DNA from: an uncultured bacterium
GTDB taxonomy: Bacteria; Acidobacteriota; HRBIN11; JAKEFK01
Assembly (NCBI GenBank): GCA_963777505.1
Contig: CAVZQN010000001.1
Location: 576,001 to 640,000 of the forward strand
Reading direction: 5' to 3'
Length of the DNA stretch: 64,000 nt
A program made the position numbers and the translations under genes. The notes beneath the pieces were generated by a model. The model searched no databases. It was not told the DNA's origin and saw only the letters and a program-made list of their open reading frames with translations. This document shows positions 10,523-19,979 of this stretch, in pieces; position 1 is the stretch's first letter, and each line of letters starts with the position of its first letter.

Positions 10523-11269
10523 TTATTTCCTGACCACACGCGTATTACAGATCCGGTCATGCAGGGCTCTTCTCTCTTCATCAAATGCAGCCATAATGTA
10601 GCCGACGAAGCATGTCAGCGCGCTAACAATCTCCGCAAAGAAACGGCCAACAGCAATTCCAGCTGTAAGCGGCTCCCCTTCAGCTGTAACAACCTTTAAT
10701 CCAAGCGCCATTTTCCCTGGTGTGGCTGAATACTTCACAAGAAAATATACGGAATAACCGACGTTAATCGCCAGCGATAACACATATCCAATGATGTATG
10801 CCGCACCTTGAAGTGTTTCGTTTTTCGTAAGAAACATGGCCGGAATAATCAGACCAAATTGAACAATACCGGAGGCAACATTCATGATAATGCTATCGAT
10901 CAGCTTTGCGCCAAATCGCGGCCAAAAGTTAGCATATTCAAGACGCCCGGGAATAGCGCCACCTTCTTTCAATTTTTGAAAAAACAATGGCTTACACGAT
11001 GCACAAACCCAGGAATCCTGGTAACGGATCAAATCAGTTTCAGGAAATTGACGATAGCATTGACTGCACGTTGCTTGCGGAGCTGGAATTGTATCAACTC
11101 CCATAACACTTTGCCGGTTCCAATCTCCATAAGACTGCCAACCTCTCATCGATTCATTCCAAACCATTGTTTCGGAAGAGACACGGCCAATCTTCACATG
11201 ACCGTCAAATTCCTCTTCCGTCAATGGCCCGATCTGAAGTCCACTATCTTCGCGATAATACCAATCCAT
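10523..11269 (-). CDS. GYF_2 (DUF4339) - Zn finger - RDD fusion protein
   Basis: WYY..QIGP..TMVWNESMRGW (GYF_2), CSQC-x17-CASC, RFGAKLID..TPGKMALGL..RALHDRICNT (RDD); GGGGAG RBS. Confidence 0.85.
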   Translation of the reverse strand: MDWYYREDSGLQIGPLTEEEFDGHVKIGRVSSETMVWNESMRGWQSYGDWNRQSVMGVDTIPAPQATCSQCYRQFPETDLIRYQDSWVCASCKPLFFQKLKEGGAIPGRLEYANFWPRFGAKLIDSIIMNVASGIVQFGLIIPAMFLTKNETLQGAAYIIGYVLSLAINVGYSVYFLVKYSATPGKMALGLKVVTAEGEPLTAGIAVGRFFAEIVSALTCFVGYIMAAFDEERRALHDRICNTRVVRK

Positions 11270-11443
11270 CTGTCTCCCCTTAAAAACAGTTGTTTTTCCT
11301 CAAAATGTTAATCACATTGTATCCAGAAAACATACAGGATGCACGATTTGATTCCTGTGTAATGCAACATTCTACGAACATGAAAACGAATATTTATATA
11401 TTCTTGTTCCTGTAGCTTTGCCGTTAGAGCCGAATGCTAAACT

Positions 11444-12961
11444 ATGACGATGAATATGCTCGACTATAGACGATTACCCGGAATCAATTCATTATTCCTG
11501 GATTACGTCGGAAATGCAGAAAGTGCTCAGCAATTTTACCCTCCTCGGGACCGCTTTCGGAGTTTTGACCCTGCACATCGTACTGAACTTTGCGAAATAC
11601 TTCGAAATCAAAATCGTCGCTTTCAAAATGAGGCTGCTCAATCGTTAATTGAAACCTTGTCCCGTCGTGGAACAACCTGTGTCGTTACCGGCCAACAAGT
11701 GGGTTTACTTACAGGACCGATGTATACGCTTTGGAAAGCGCTGACTGCAATAAAGGTTTGCAAAGATGTAGAAAAGAAAACTGGAAAACCGTGTGTTCCA
11801 ATCTTCTGGATGGCTACCGAAGATCACAATTGGCACGAAGTAATGAGTTTTGGCTTGCTGAAAGGTGATTTTGAACTTCTGAAGTTTTCACTTAAAGACC
11901 ATTTTTTTATGAAACGGGAGCCGACTGGCCAAATTCCCGTAAATCACAGTGAAGTTCGGAAAATCCTTCTCCGTGCGTTGCACGAGATAAATCTGCCAGA
12001 GATTTCGTCATTTTACTCAAGTGGGACTCTTTCTGATGGATTTGCTCGCACGTTGCTCTGGCTAATTAAAGATTTTCCGATCGTACTTCTGGATCCATCT
12101 GATCCTGCATTAAAACAACTTGCATCCCCTTTCTTTGAAACGTTCTTTAAAAAGAGTGATGTTCTTCAAAATCTTTTAGAGCAACAAAATGGAATTCTGC
12201 GTTCAAACAATTATCCGACTCAGGTAAAAATGGAAGAGAATCAACTTCCATTATTCTTCATTGATTCGAGTGGACGCAGCCAGGTCAAGAAAAATGGATT
12301 GCCTCCTGATACTTCGGTTGAACAACTAAGCCCATCGGCACTATTACGTCCAATTTTTCAAGATTATCTTTTGCCGACTGCGGCTTATGTCGGAGGTCCG
12401 GCAGAAATTGCATATTTTGCGCAGATGCATCCGTGGTACAACGCGCTCGGAGTTGAACAGCCTCCCGTATTACCAAGAGCCAGTATTACTCTTTTGCCTC
12501 CGGTAACCGTTCGGTTCTTGCAATCTTCGAATCTCACTCCAGAAGAAATATACCTGCCGGAAGATACACTGGCTGATGTGCTGATTCAACATACAGGTCT
12601 GGACAAAATCCGCACGTCGGTGCGGTCACTGGCGGCGACAGCGGAGGAAAAAATCCGAGCAATTCAAGCTGAAGCTGAAAAAGTGGATCCTACACTTGCA
12701 AAAGCCATTGTCACAGCCGGAAGCAAGATTCAATTCCAAACACAAAAAATTGAACGGAAAGCTCTACTTGCAGTGAAACGGAAAAATCTGGAACTGCTCG
12801 ACAAAATCAGAAAAGCAAAAAATGTGATTTATCCGGACGAAAAATTACAAGAACGCTGCTTAAACATCTTTTCCTTTCGTGATCGTCTTCCCGATTTGAT
12901 TCATGAGATTCATGACAAAATCGATGTCTATGCACCAGCCCACCAATGGATCGAAATCTAA
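11444..12961 (+). CDS. bshC: Bacillithiol biosynthesis cysteine-adding enzyme
   Basis: VVTGQQVGLLTGPMYT, FWMATEDH, SPSALLRPIFQD, YVGGPAEIAYFAQ, LQER; next to bshB1 and bshA. Start may be ATG 11450. Confidence 0.92.
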   Translation: MTMNMLDYRRLPGINSLFLDYVGNAESAQQFYPPRDRFRSFDPAHRTELCEILRNQNRRFQNEAAQSLIETLSRRGTTCVVTGQQVGLLTGPMYTLWKALTAIKVCKDVEKKTGKPCVPIFWMATEDHNWHEVMSFGLLKGDFELLKFSLKDHFFMKREPTGQIPVNHSEVRKILLRALHEINLPEISSFYSSGTLSDGFARTLLWLIKDFPIVLLDPSDPALKQLASPFFETFFKKSDVLQNLLEQQNGILRSNNYPTQVKMEENQLPLFFIDSSGRSQVKKNGLPPDTSVEQLSPSALLRPIFQDYLLPTAAYVGGPAEIAYFAQMHPWYNALGVEQPPVLPRASITLLPPVTVRFLQSSNLTPEEIYLPEDTLADVLIQHTGLDKIRTSVRSLAATAEEKIRAIQAEAEKVDPTLAKAIVTAGSKIQFQTQKIERKALLAVKRKNLELLDKIRKAKNVIYPDEKLQERCLNIFSFRDRLPDLIHEIHDKIDVYAPAHQWIEI

Positions 12962-13019
12962 CTTTGTGTCTTTGCGGTAAAAATCATTAGAATTAATACC
13001 TTTAGCTGGAGGGAATTAT

Positions 13020-13739
13020 ATGACTGAGCTTCAGGGGAAACTTGATGTACTTGCATTTTCAGCGCATCCGGATGACATTGAACTGGCAGCCGCAGGAACA
13101 ATCATTAAACTTGCGAAACAAGGCTATGCCGTTGGAGTTGCCGATATGACTCGCGGCGAATTTGGAACACGCGGATCCAAGGAAGTCCGTCAGAAAGAAG
13201 CTGAAGAAGCGGCAACATTAATGCGGATCAAAGTTCGTGAATGTCTCGACATTCCAGATGGAAGCGTCACCGTGACACGCGAGAACCACTTGAAAGTCAT
13301 CCAACTTCTGCGTAAGTATCAGCCGAAGATTGTAATCAATCATTATTGGAAAGCCCGTCACGCGGATCATATGGCAACATCACAAATCGTTACGGAGGCC
13401 TGTTATCTTTCAGGGCTTGCCAAACTCGATACCGGACAGCAGCGATGGCGTCCTAAAAGAATTCTTTACCATCAAATCAATTATGATGTGATTCCTTCGT
13501 TCCTCGTTGATGTCAGCAGCGAAATTGAAGAAAAGTGGAAGGTTGTTCGAGCTCATAAATCGCAATTTTATAATCCCGACAGTAAAGAACCTGAAACGCT
13601 TTTAAGCGTTCCTACATTTCTGGAGATGATCGATACCAAGATGAAATATTGGGGTTCTTTGATCGGCGTAACTCATGCCGAACCATTTCTGACAACTGAA
13701 CCTTTCGCGATTCCAGATCTTGTTGAAGCCTTAGGATAA
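13020..13739 (+). CDS. bshB1: Bacillithiol biosynthesis deacetylase
   Basis: AHPDDIE, DMTRGEFGTRG, RHADH and AHKSQF (PIG-L family); GGAGG RBS. Confidence 0.92.
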   Translation: MTELQGKLDVLAFSAHPDDIELAAAGTIIKLAKQGYAVGVADMTRGEFGTRGSKEVRQKEAEEAATLMRIKVRECLDIPDGSVTVTRENHLKVIQLLRKYQPKIVINHYWKARHADHMATSQIVTEACYLSGLAKLDTGQQRWRPKRILYHQINYDVIPSFLVDVSSEIEEKWKVVRAHKSQFYNPDSKEPETLLSVPTFLEMIDTKMKYWGSLIGVTHAEPFLTTEPFAIPDLVEALG

Positions 13740-13745
13740 ATTTAG

Positions 13746-14867
13746 ATGCCACGAAAAATCGGAATTACCTGTTATCCAACTTATGGAGGAAGCGGCGTAA
13801 TAGCCACCGAACTTGGAAAAGAGCTTGCAAATCGCGGGCACGAAGTCCATTTTGTTAGCTACGCTCAGCCCATCCGCCTGGAAAAATTTCACGAACGTGT
13901 CTTTTTTCATGAAGTGGATATGCTTCCATATCCATTATTTCAATATCCGCCTTACGATCTGGCTCTTGCAGCAAAAATGACTGAGATTGCAAATTATGCG
14001 CGCCTGGATCTTTTCCATGTGCATTATGCATTGCCACATGCAATCAGTGCATTTCTTGCAAAAAGCATGATTGAAGATCGTCAGGTAAAAGTAGTTACAA
14101 CTTTGCATGGCACAGATATTACTCTGGTTGGCGCTGATAAATCTTATTTCCCAATTACAAAGTTCGGAATTTTGAAAAGCGATGGAGTGACAACGGTTTC
14201 GGAACATTTGAAGAAAGTTACATTGCAGCAGGTTGGACCGAAAGAGATTGAAGTAATTCCAAATTTTGTGGATACACAATTCTTCCGCAAGCCGCTAGAG
14301 GAAGATTGTTCAAAAGGAAGGCTGGCTCCAAAAAAGGAATCGATTCTGCTTCATATTTCGAATTTCCGTCCTTTGAAGCGGATTATGGATGTGATCCGTA
14401 TCTTTGAGATTGTTGTTGCGCAGCATTCGGCCCGCCTTATTTTTGCAGGGGACGGCCCTGAACGATCGATGGCAGAAAAATATTGCCGTGAAAATGGTTT
14501 GATGGACAAGGTCATGTTTTTAGGAAAGCTTGATAATGTTCCCGATCTCATGGGATGCACGGATGTGCTGCTGCTTCCGAGTGAATTCGAGAGCTTCGGA
14601 CTGGTTGCTCTGGAAGCGATGAGCTGCGAAGTCCCTGTGGTTGCGACGAATGTCGGTGGAATTCCTGAAGTTGTTATCCATGGTGAAACAGGCTTTTTAG
14701 GAGAACTTGGTGATGTGCAGACGATGGCGGCATACGTTTTAAGAATTTTGAAAGATTCTGATCTAAAAGCGCACATGGCTGCTGCAGGACGCCGCCGCGC
14801 TGTCGAAGTTTTTGAGCAAAGAAAAATTGTTCCGTTATACGAGCAATATTACGAAAAGGTTTTATAA
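13746..14867 (+). CDS. bshA: N-acetyl-alpha-D-glucosaminyl L-malate synthase
   Basis: GITCYPTYGGSGVIATELG, HVHYALPHA, TTLHGTDITLVG, SNFRPLKR, ESFGLVALEAM. Confidence 0.95.
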   Translation: MPRKIGITCYPTYGGSGVIATELGKELANRGHEVHFVSYAQPIRLEKFHERVFFHEVDMLPYPLFQYPPYDLALAAKMTEIANYARLDLFHVHYALPHAISAFLAKSMIEDRQVKVVTTLHGTDITLVGADKSYFPITKFGILKSDGVTTVSEHLKKVTLQQVGPKEIEVIPNFVDTQFFRKPLEEDCSKGRLAPKKESILLHISNFRPLKRIMDVIRIFEIVVAQHSARLIFAGDGPERSMAEKYCRENGLMDKVMFLGKLDNVPDLMGCTDVLLLPSEFESFGLVALEAMSCEVPVVATNVGGIPEVVIHGETGFLGELGDVQTMAAYVLRILKDSDLKAHMAAAGRRRAVEVFEQRKIVPLYEQYYEKVL

Positions 14868-14974
14868 CGCTTGGGCAGGCTTTGCGGAAATTCGAAAGCC
14901 TGGCCTCTGAAATAAATTTTGTCGGAGGCCGGGCCCTCGCTCCTCACCGCCGCAGGGCACGGCTCGGAATTCAT

Positions 14975-16747
14975 ATGAGTAAAGAAGAAAGTTCGATTCG
15001 TTCCTTGCACCGGCTCTGGCCATATGTGCGGCGGTATAAATTTCCCATGATTTTTGGGATTTTTTGCGCAATGGCGACTAATGCAGCGGCTGTCATTTGG
15101 CCGGAAATTCTAAAACAAACGATCAATGCCTTGCAGGCTGGAACCAATTCAGGTTTTGAAAAGTTTGCCCTAAAGATCCTCGCGGCAGTTTTCATCCAGG
15201 CGATATTTTTGTTTCTGATGCGAAGGGTCATGATCGGTGTTTCTCGCGAAATCGAATACGAGCTCCGTAATGATTTATATAAGCATATGCAAGTACTATC
15301 CTCATCGTACTACAACCGAATGTTTACGGGCGACCTGATGTCTAGAAACAACAACGATCTCAGCGCAGTAAGGATGGTGTTAGGCCCTGCAATTATGTAT
15401 TCGGTGAACACCTTTTTTACATTTGTTTTTGCGCTGTCGATGATGCTTCGCATCAACTGGCTTCTGACCCTTGTAGCCTTGTCGCCGCTGCCGGTTGTGT
15501 CCTGGCTTGTCACAAGGTATGGCAGAGTGATCCATCGGCGCTTTAAAGAAGTACAAGAACAATTTTCACGTATCAGTACAGCAGTTCAGGAAAATCTGAG
15601 CGGAATAAAAGTCGTAAAAGCATTTGGAAGAGAAGAAAAAGAAGTTGAGGATTTCAAAAAGGCCAACCTTCAATACTTACAAATGAATAAGCAGCTCGTA
15701 AAAGTTTGGGGCATTTTGTATCCGATGGTTGAACTGCTTGCAGGTATTGGAGTTCTAATTGTTCTCTGGTTTGGAGGCCGCCAGGTAATTCTGGGTCGTT
15801 TAACGCTTGGCGAATTTGTAGCGTTCAACAGTTACCTTGCAATGTTGATCTGGCCATCGATTGCACTTGGTTGGGTTGTTAATATTACGCAGCGCGGCGC
15901 AGCATCCATGTCCCGCTTGAATGAAGTCTTCGAAGAACAACCTGAGATTACAGATGCGGAAGCATCTCGAACAATGCAGGATTACCGCATTGGAGGAAAG
16001 ATCGAATTTAGAAATGTCAGCTTCCAGTATCGAAAGGATCTGCCTGTTCTGGACAACATCAATTTTTTGATTCGGCCTGGCACGACTGTGGCATTTGTCG
16101 GAGGCACCGGCAGCGGAAAATCTTCACTACTTCAATTGATAACGCGTATGTATGAAGCAGATAGCGGCGAAATTCTAATCGACGATGTTCCAATTGAACA
16201 GATTCCGCTGGCAATACTGCGAAATCAAATCGGTTTTGTACCTCAGGATTCATTTTTGTTTTCCGATACGATTGCAGAAAACATCGCGTTCGGAATCGAT
16301 TCACGCGAAAAAGACGAGATCGAGGAAGCTGCACGAATGGCTTCATTTGAAGCAGAAATCGGATCTTTCCCAAAGGGTTTTGAAACAATTATCGGTGAGC
16401 GTGGAATCACACTTTCAGGCGGACAAAAACAGCGCGCTACAATCGCGCGAGCTTTAGTAAAAGATCCCTCAATTCTTGTATTCGACGATTCGTTCTCAAA
16501 CGTCGATACCTACACTGAAGATAAGATCCTGCAAAACTTACGTTCGTTCCGCAAAGGACGAACGTGCATTATCGTTGCTCATCGAATTTCCACGATTCAA
16601 GACGCTGATTGGATCTTCGTACTTAATCAAGGAAAAATTGGCGAACAAGGAACGCACTCAGACCTCCTGGAACAACGTGGAGCTTATTACGAGCTTTATC
16701 AAAAACAGTTAATCGAAGAAGAATTACATATTCGGAGAATCAGCTAG
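14975..16747 (+). CDS. ABC exporter half-transporter (TMD+NBD), heterodimer subunit 1
   Basis: 6 TMs, GGTGSGKS, LSGGQKQR, degenerate Walker B (FDD); start MSKEE at 14975. Confidence 0.92.
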   Translation: MSKEESSIRSLHRLWPYVRRYKFPMIFGIFCAMATNAAAVIWPEILKQTINALQAGTNSGFEKFALKILAAVFIQAIFLFLMRRVMIGVSREIEYELRNDLYKHMQVLSSSYYNRMFTGDLMSRNNNDLSAVRMVLGPAIMYSVNTFFTFVFALSMMLRINWLLTLVALSPLPVVSWLVTRYGRVIHRRFKEVQEQFSRISTAVQENLSGIKVVKAFGREEKEVEDFKKANLQYLQMNKQLVKVWGILYPMVELLAGIGVLIVLWFGGRQVILGRLTLGEFVAFNSYLAMLIWPSIALGWVVNITQRGAASMSRLNEVFEEQPEITDAEASRTMQDYRIGGKIEFRNVSFQYRKDLPVLDNINFLIRPGTTVAFVGGTGSGKSSLLQLITRMYEADSGEILIDDVPIEQIPLAILRNQIGFVPQDSFLFSDTIAENIAFGIDSREKDEIEEAARMASFEAEIGSFPKGFETIIGERGITLSGGQKQRATIARALVKDPSILVFDDSFSNVDTYTEDKILQNLRSFRKGRTCIIVAHRISTIQDADWIFVLNQGKIGEQGTHSDLLEQRGAYYELYQKQLIEEELHIRRIS

Positions 16748-16749
16748 CT

Positions 16750-18525
16750 ATGCAAGATGAAGAAATAGAATCTCGCGAATATGACTGGAATTTGATGAAG
16801 CGGCTGCTTGTCTATATCCGCCCGTATAAATGGAGAGTCATCTCAGCAATCGCTTTGATGCTTGCAACTGCAAGTTTACAAATCTTAACTCCATGGCTCG
16901 TAAAAATTGCAATTGATGAATACGTTTCTAAACGCGATTTGATGGGGCTTTATACGATCGCTGGTTATTACTTGCTCGTGTTACTCGCCGAACTGGTCTT
17001 GAGTTACTTGCAAGTCTACATCATGCAAATGACCGGACAGCGGATCATGTACGACATGCGTGTACAGATTTTCCAGCATCTTCAAAATCTTGAGCTGAAA
17101 TACTACCATCGCAATCCTGTTGGCCGGCTTATGACCCGTGTTACAAACGATGTCGATGTTTTAAATGAATTATTTACATCAGGTGTCGTCTCAATTTTTG
17201 GCGACATTCTAACTTTGACCGGCATCATCATAGCGATGCTGTTGCTCAACGCACATCTTGCACTGGTTATTTTGTCTGTCGTTCCTTTGTTATTCATCGC
17301 AACTACGGTTTTTCGAAAGAAAGCGCGCGCCGCATATACGGAGACCCGTTACTGGCTTGCGCGCATGAACGCCTTTCTGCAAGAAGCAATTTCAGGAATG
17401 GGTTTAATTCAAATTTTCAATCGCGAAAACAGGATGTTCGATAAGTTCGATAAAATCAATCACAAACATTACAGTGCAACACAAAAATCAGTTCTCGCAT
17501 ACGCAATCTTTTATCCAGTGGTGGAATTCATTGAAGCAATCGCGATTGCTTTGCTTGTGTGGTACGGCGGAAACCGTGCAGCACTCGGTTTTGTTTCCTT
17601 TGGAGTATTAATCGCATTCGTTCAATATACTCAACGTTTTTTCAGACCGATTGCGGACTTGAGTGAAAAATACAACATTCTGCAGTCTGCGATGGCATCT
17701 TCAGAAAAGATTTTTAACTTGCTTGATACAAAAGAATTCATTGACGCACCTCGAACGATGGTGCCGCCTGAAGATCGTCTGGTGGAAGTGGAATTTCAAA
17801 ATGTAAGCTTCAGATACGATGATGATTCTCCTGTCCTAAACAATGTCTCATTCAAAATCCGGGCAGGCGAGAAAATCGCGATTGTTGGTCCGACGGGTGC
17901 AGGCAAAACAACGATCATCAGTTTATTGCTGCGATTTTACGATCAATATACAGGACGCATTTTATTGAATGGAATTGATCTGCGAAACATTCCTGAAGAG
18001 CAACTTCGACGCGATATGGCTGTTGTTTTTCAAGATGCTTTTCTGTTTTCGCGAACAGTGATGGAAAATCTTACTTTTGACCGGCCGGAGATTACGGAAG
18101 ATCGTGTGCATTCGGTATCGCGGTATTTGCTCGCAGAGCCATTCATTCAAAAATTACCGAAAGGTTACAGTGAAATGCTTTCAGAACGCGGTTCCAATTT
18201 GTCTTTCGGTCAAAGACAGTTGATTACATTTGTCCGTGCGCTTGCAGCCGATCCTTCGATCGTGATCCTGGATGAAGCAACTTCGAGTGTTGATGTGGAA
18301 ACTGAATATGTGATCCGAAACTCATTGCGACGCTTAATGGATGGACGAACAGCTATTTTGATTGCACATAGACTTTCAACAATACAAAACGTCGATCGCA
18401 TTTTTGTGCTACTGGATGGCGAATTAAGGGAAGAAGGTACACATCAGGAATTGCTTGCGCAAGGCGGATTGTATTCAAAGCTGTATCAGCTTCAATATAA
18501 AGAACAAGAACTCGAACAAAACTAA
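16750..18525 (+). CDS. ABC exporter half-transporter (TMD+NBD), heterodimer subunit 2
   Basis: GPTGAGKT, LSFGQRQ, ILDEATS, IAHRLST; YheI/YheH-like pairing. Confidence 0.92.
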   Translation: MQDEEIESREYDWNLMKRLLVYIRPYKWRVISAIALMLATASLQILTPWLVKIAIDEYVSKRDLMGLYTIAGYYLLVLLAELVLSYLQVYIMQMTGQRIMYDMRVQIFQHLQNLELKYYHRNPVGRLMTRVTNDVDVLNELFTSGVVSIFGDILTLTGIIIAMLLLNAHLALVILSVVPLLFIATTVFRKKARAAYTETRYWLARMNAFLQEAISGMGLIQIFNRENRMFDKFDKINHKHYSATQKSVLAYAIFYPVVEFIEAIAIALLVWYGGNRAALGFVSFGVLIAFVQYTQRFFRPIADLSEKYNILQSAMASSEKIFNLLDTKEFIDAPRTMVPPEDRLVEVEFQNVSFRYDDDSPVLNNVSFKIRAGEKIAIVGPTGAGKTTIISLLLRFYDQYTGRILLNGIDLRNIPEEQLRRDMAVVFQDAFLFSRTVMENLTFDRPEITEDRVHSVSRYLLAEPFIQKLPKGYSEMLSERGSNLSFGQRQLITFVRALAADPSIVILDEATSSVDVETEYVIRNSLRRLMDGRTAILIAHRLSTIQNVDRIFVLLDGELREEGTHQELLAQGGLYSKLYQLQYKEQELEQN

Positions 18526-18563
18526 AAACAAACTCGGCGTTCTTTGCGGTAAAAAAGCCCCGT

Positions 18564-19550
18564 ATGAAACTTCTCGTTTTCTCGCAGGCCTGGAACCCAT
18601 TCTGGAATATTCCAAAAGCTTCCGTTTCAACACTCCCCGCGTTGTTTCCAGAAATCACTGTAACGTATCCCGATAATGAACAAGATTTTTCCAGCGAGCT
18701 AAAAGATGCAGATATATTTTTCGGGTACAGGCTGGATCCTCCTCATATTGAAATTGCAAAAAAGTTGAAGTGGGTTCATGTTCCAGCTGCAAATGTTTCG
18801 CAATTCATAAGACCTGATTTTGTTTCACGCAAGATTCTGTTAACAAATTCACGCGCAATGCATGCGACACCTGTGGCCGAACATATTATCGGCTGCATGA
18901 TTGTTTTCTCACGAAAATTTATGACGACCTGGGAATTTCAGAAGAAGGCTCAGTATGGCGCCTCTGACTTGATCAATAACGGTTATCCCCTTTCTGAACT
19001 TCGCGGAAAGACCCTTTACATAATTGGGCTGGGCGGCATCGGCAAAGAAACAGCTCGCCTTGCGAAAGCATTTGGAATGAACATTCTAGCAACTCGTAAG
19101 AAGAGTTCCGGAGTTGAAGAAAATGTGGATGAATTATTCGACTTGACTAATTTCAGAGACGGCTTACGGCGCGCGGACTATGTTGTACTTTCGTTGCCTC
19201 TTACTTCAGAATCTCGAGGCTTAATTGGAGAAAATGAGTTATCACTGCTAAAACCTGAATGCGTATTGATCAATGTTGCGCGTTCCGGAGTGCTGGATAC
19301 AAACGCACTCATTCGATATCTTCGTGAAAATCGGATCCGCGGAGCTTCGCTTGATGTATTTGATCAGGAGCCTTTGCCGGATGGTTCAGAATTATTTTCT
19401 GTGCCGAATCTTTTTCTAACCCCGCATGTTTCCGGAGTCGCAGCATTGGAACACTGGGATCGCATGCTCTGGTTGTTTCAAGAAAATCTACGGAGATTTC
19501 TCAGCGGCAAAACGCTTCTGAATATCGTAGATCCCAGCATCGAGTATTAG
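18564..19550 (+). CDS. D-2-hydroxyacid dehydrogenase family protein
   Basis: GLGGIG, INVAR, LDVFDQEPLP, TPHVSG. Confidence 0.9.
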   Translation: MKLLVFSQAWNPFWNIPKASVSTLPALFPEITVTYPDNEQDFSSELKDADIFFGYRLDPPHIEIAKKLKWVHVPAANVSQFIRPDFVSRKILLTNSRAMHATPVAEHIIGCMIVFSRKFMTTWEFQKKAQYGASDLINNGYPLSELRGKTLYIIGLGGIGKETARLAKAFGMNILATRKKSSGVEENVDELFDLTNFRDGLRRADYVVLSLPLTSESRGLIGENELSLLKPECVLINVARSGVLDTNALIRYLRENRIRGASLDVFDQEPLPDGSELFSVPNLFLTPHVSGVAALEHWDRMLWLFQENLRRFLSGKTLLNIVDPSIEY

Positions 19551-19567
19551 GGGTTTGTAACAAATCG

Positions 19568-19921
19568 CTATCCAAATGATTTTTTTTCGATGATGTTTTG
19601 AAGAATGGTTGGAAGTGCATCTGCATCAAATGGCTTCAATATGTACTGCACATCGTCCCCAGGCTGGCTTGCAGTCAGAAACAAGACAGGAATAGCCGAT
19701 GTTGAAGGATCAGAAAGCAGCGCACGGTAGGCTTCAAAGCCGTTCATAAGCGGCATTTCGGCATCCATCAAGATGATATCGAATTTGGATTTTTGCGCTT
19801 CTTGCAACGCTTCTTTTCCATTGCCGACGGTCACAACTTCGTAGCCCGCTTCGCTTAAGGTCATTTCCGTAAGAAATCTAAGATCCGGATCATCATCTGC
19901 AAGCAGCACACGTTTTGGCAA
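19568..19921 (-). CDS. Single-domain response regulator
   Basis: LADDD, ILMDAEMP, FLTA, KPF. Confidence 0.9.
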   Translation of the reverse strand: MPKRVLLADDDPDLRFLTEMTLSEAGYEVVTVGNGKEALQEAQKSKFDIILMDAEMPLMNGFEAYRALLSDPSTSAIPVLFLTASQPGDDVQYILKPFDADALPTILQNIIEKKSFG

Positions 19922-19979
19922 ATTTCACCTCTTACGGCACTGCCTCACATTCGTTCGGCTGCGTGCCTTACTACAAATG

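Noticed and set aside
19936-19967. Small hairpin GGCACTGCC..GGCTGCGTGCC as an ncRNA
   Set aside because: Single short imperfect stem in a 58-bp gap; too little evidence.
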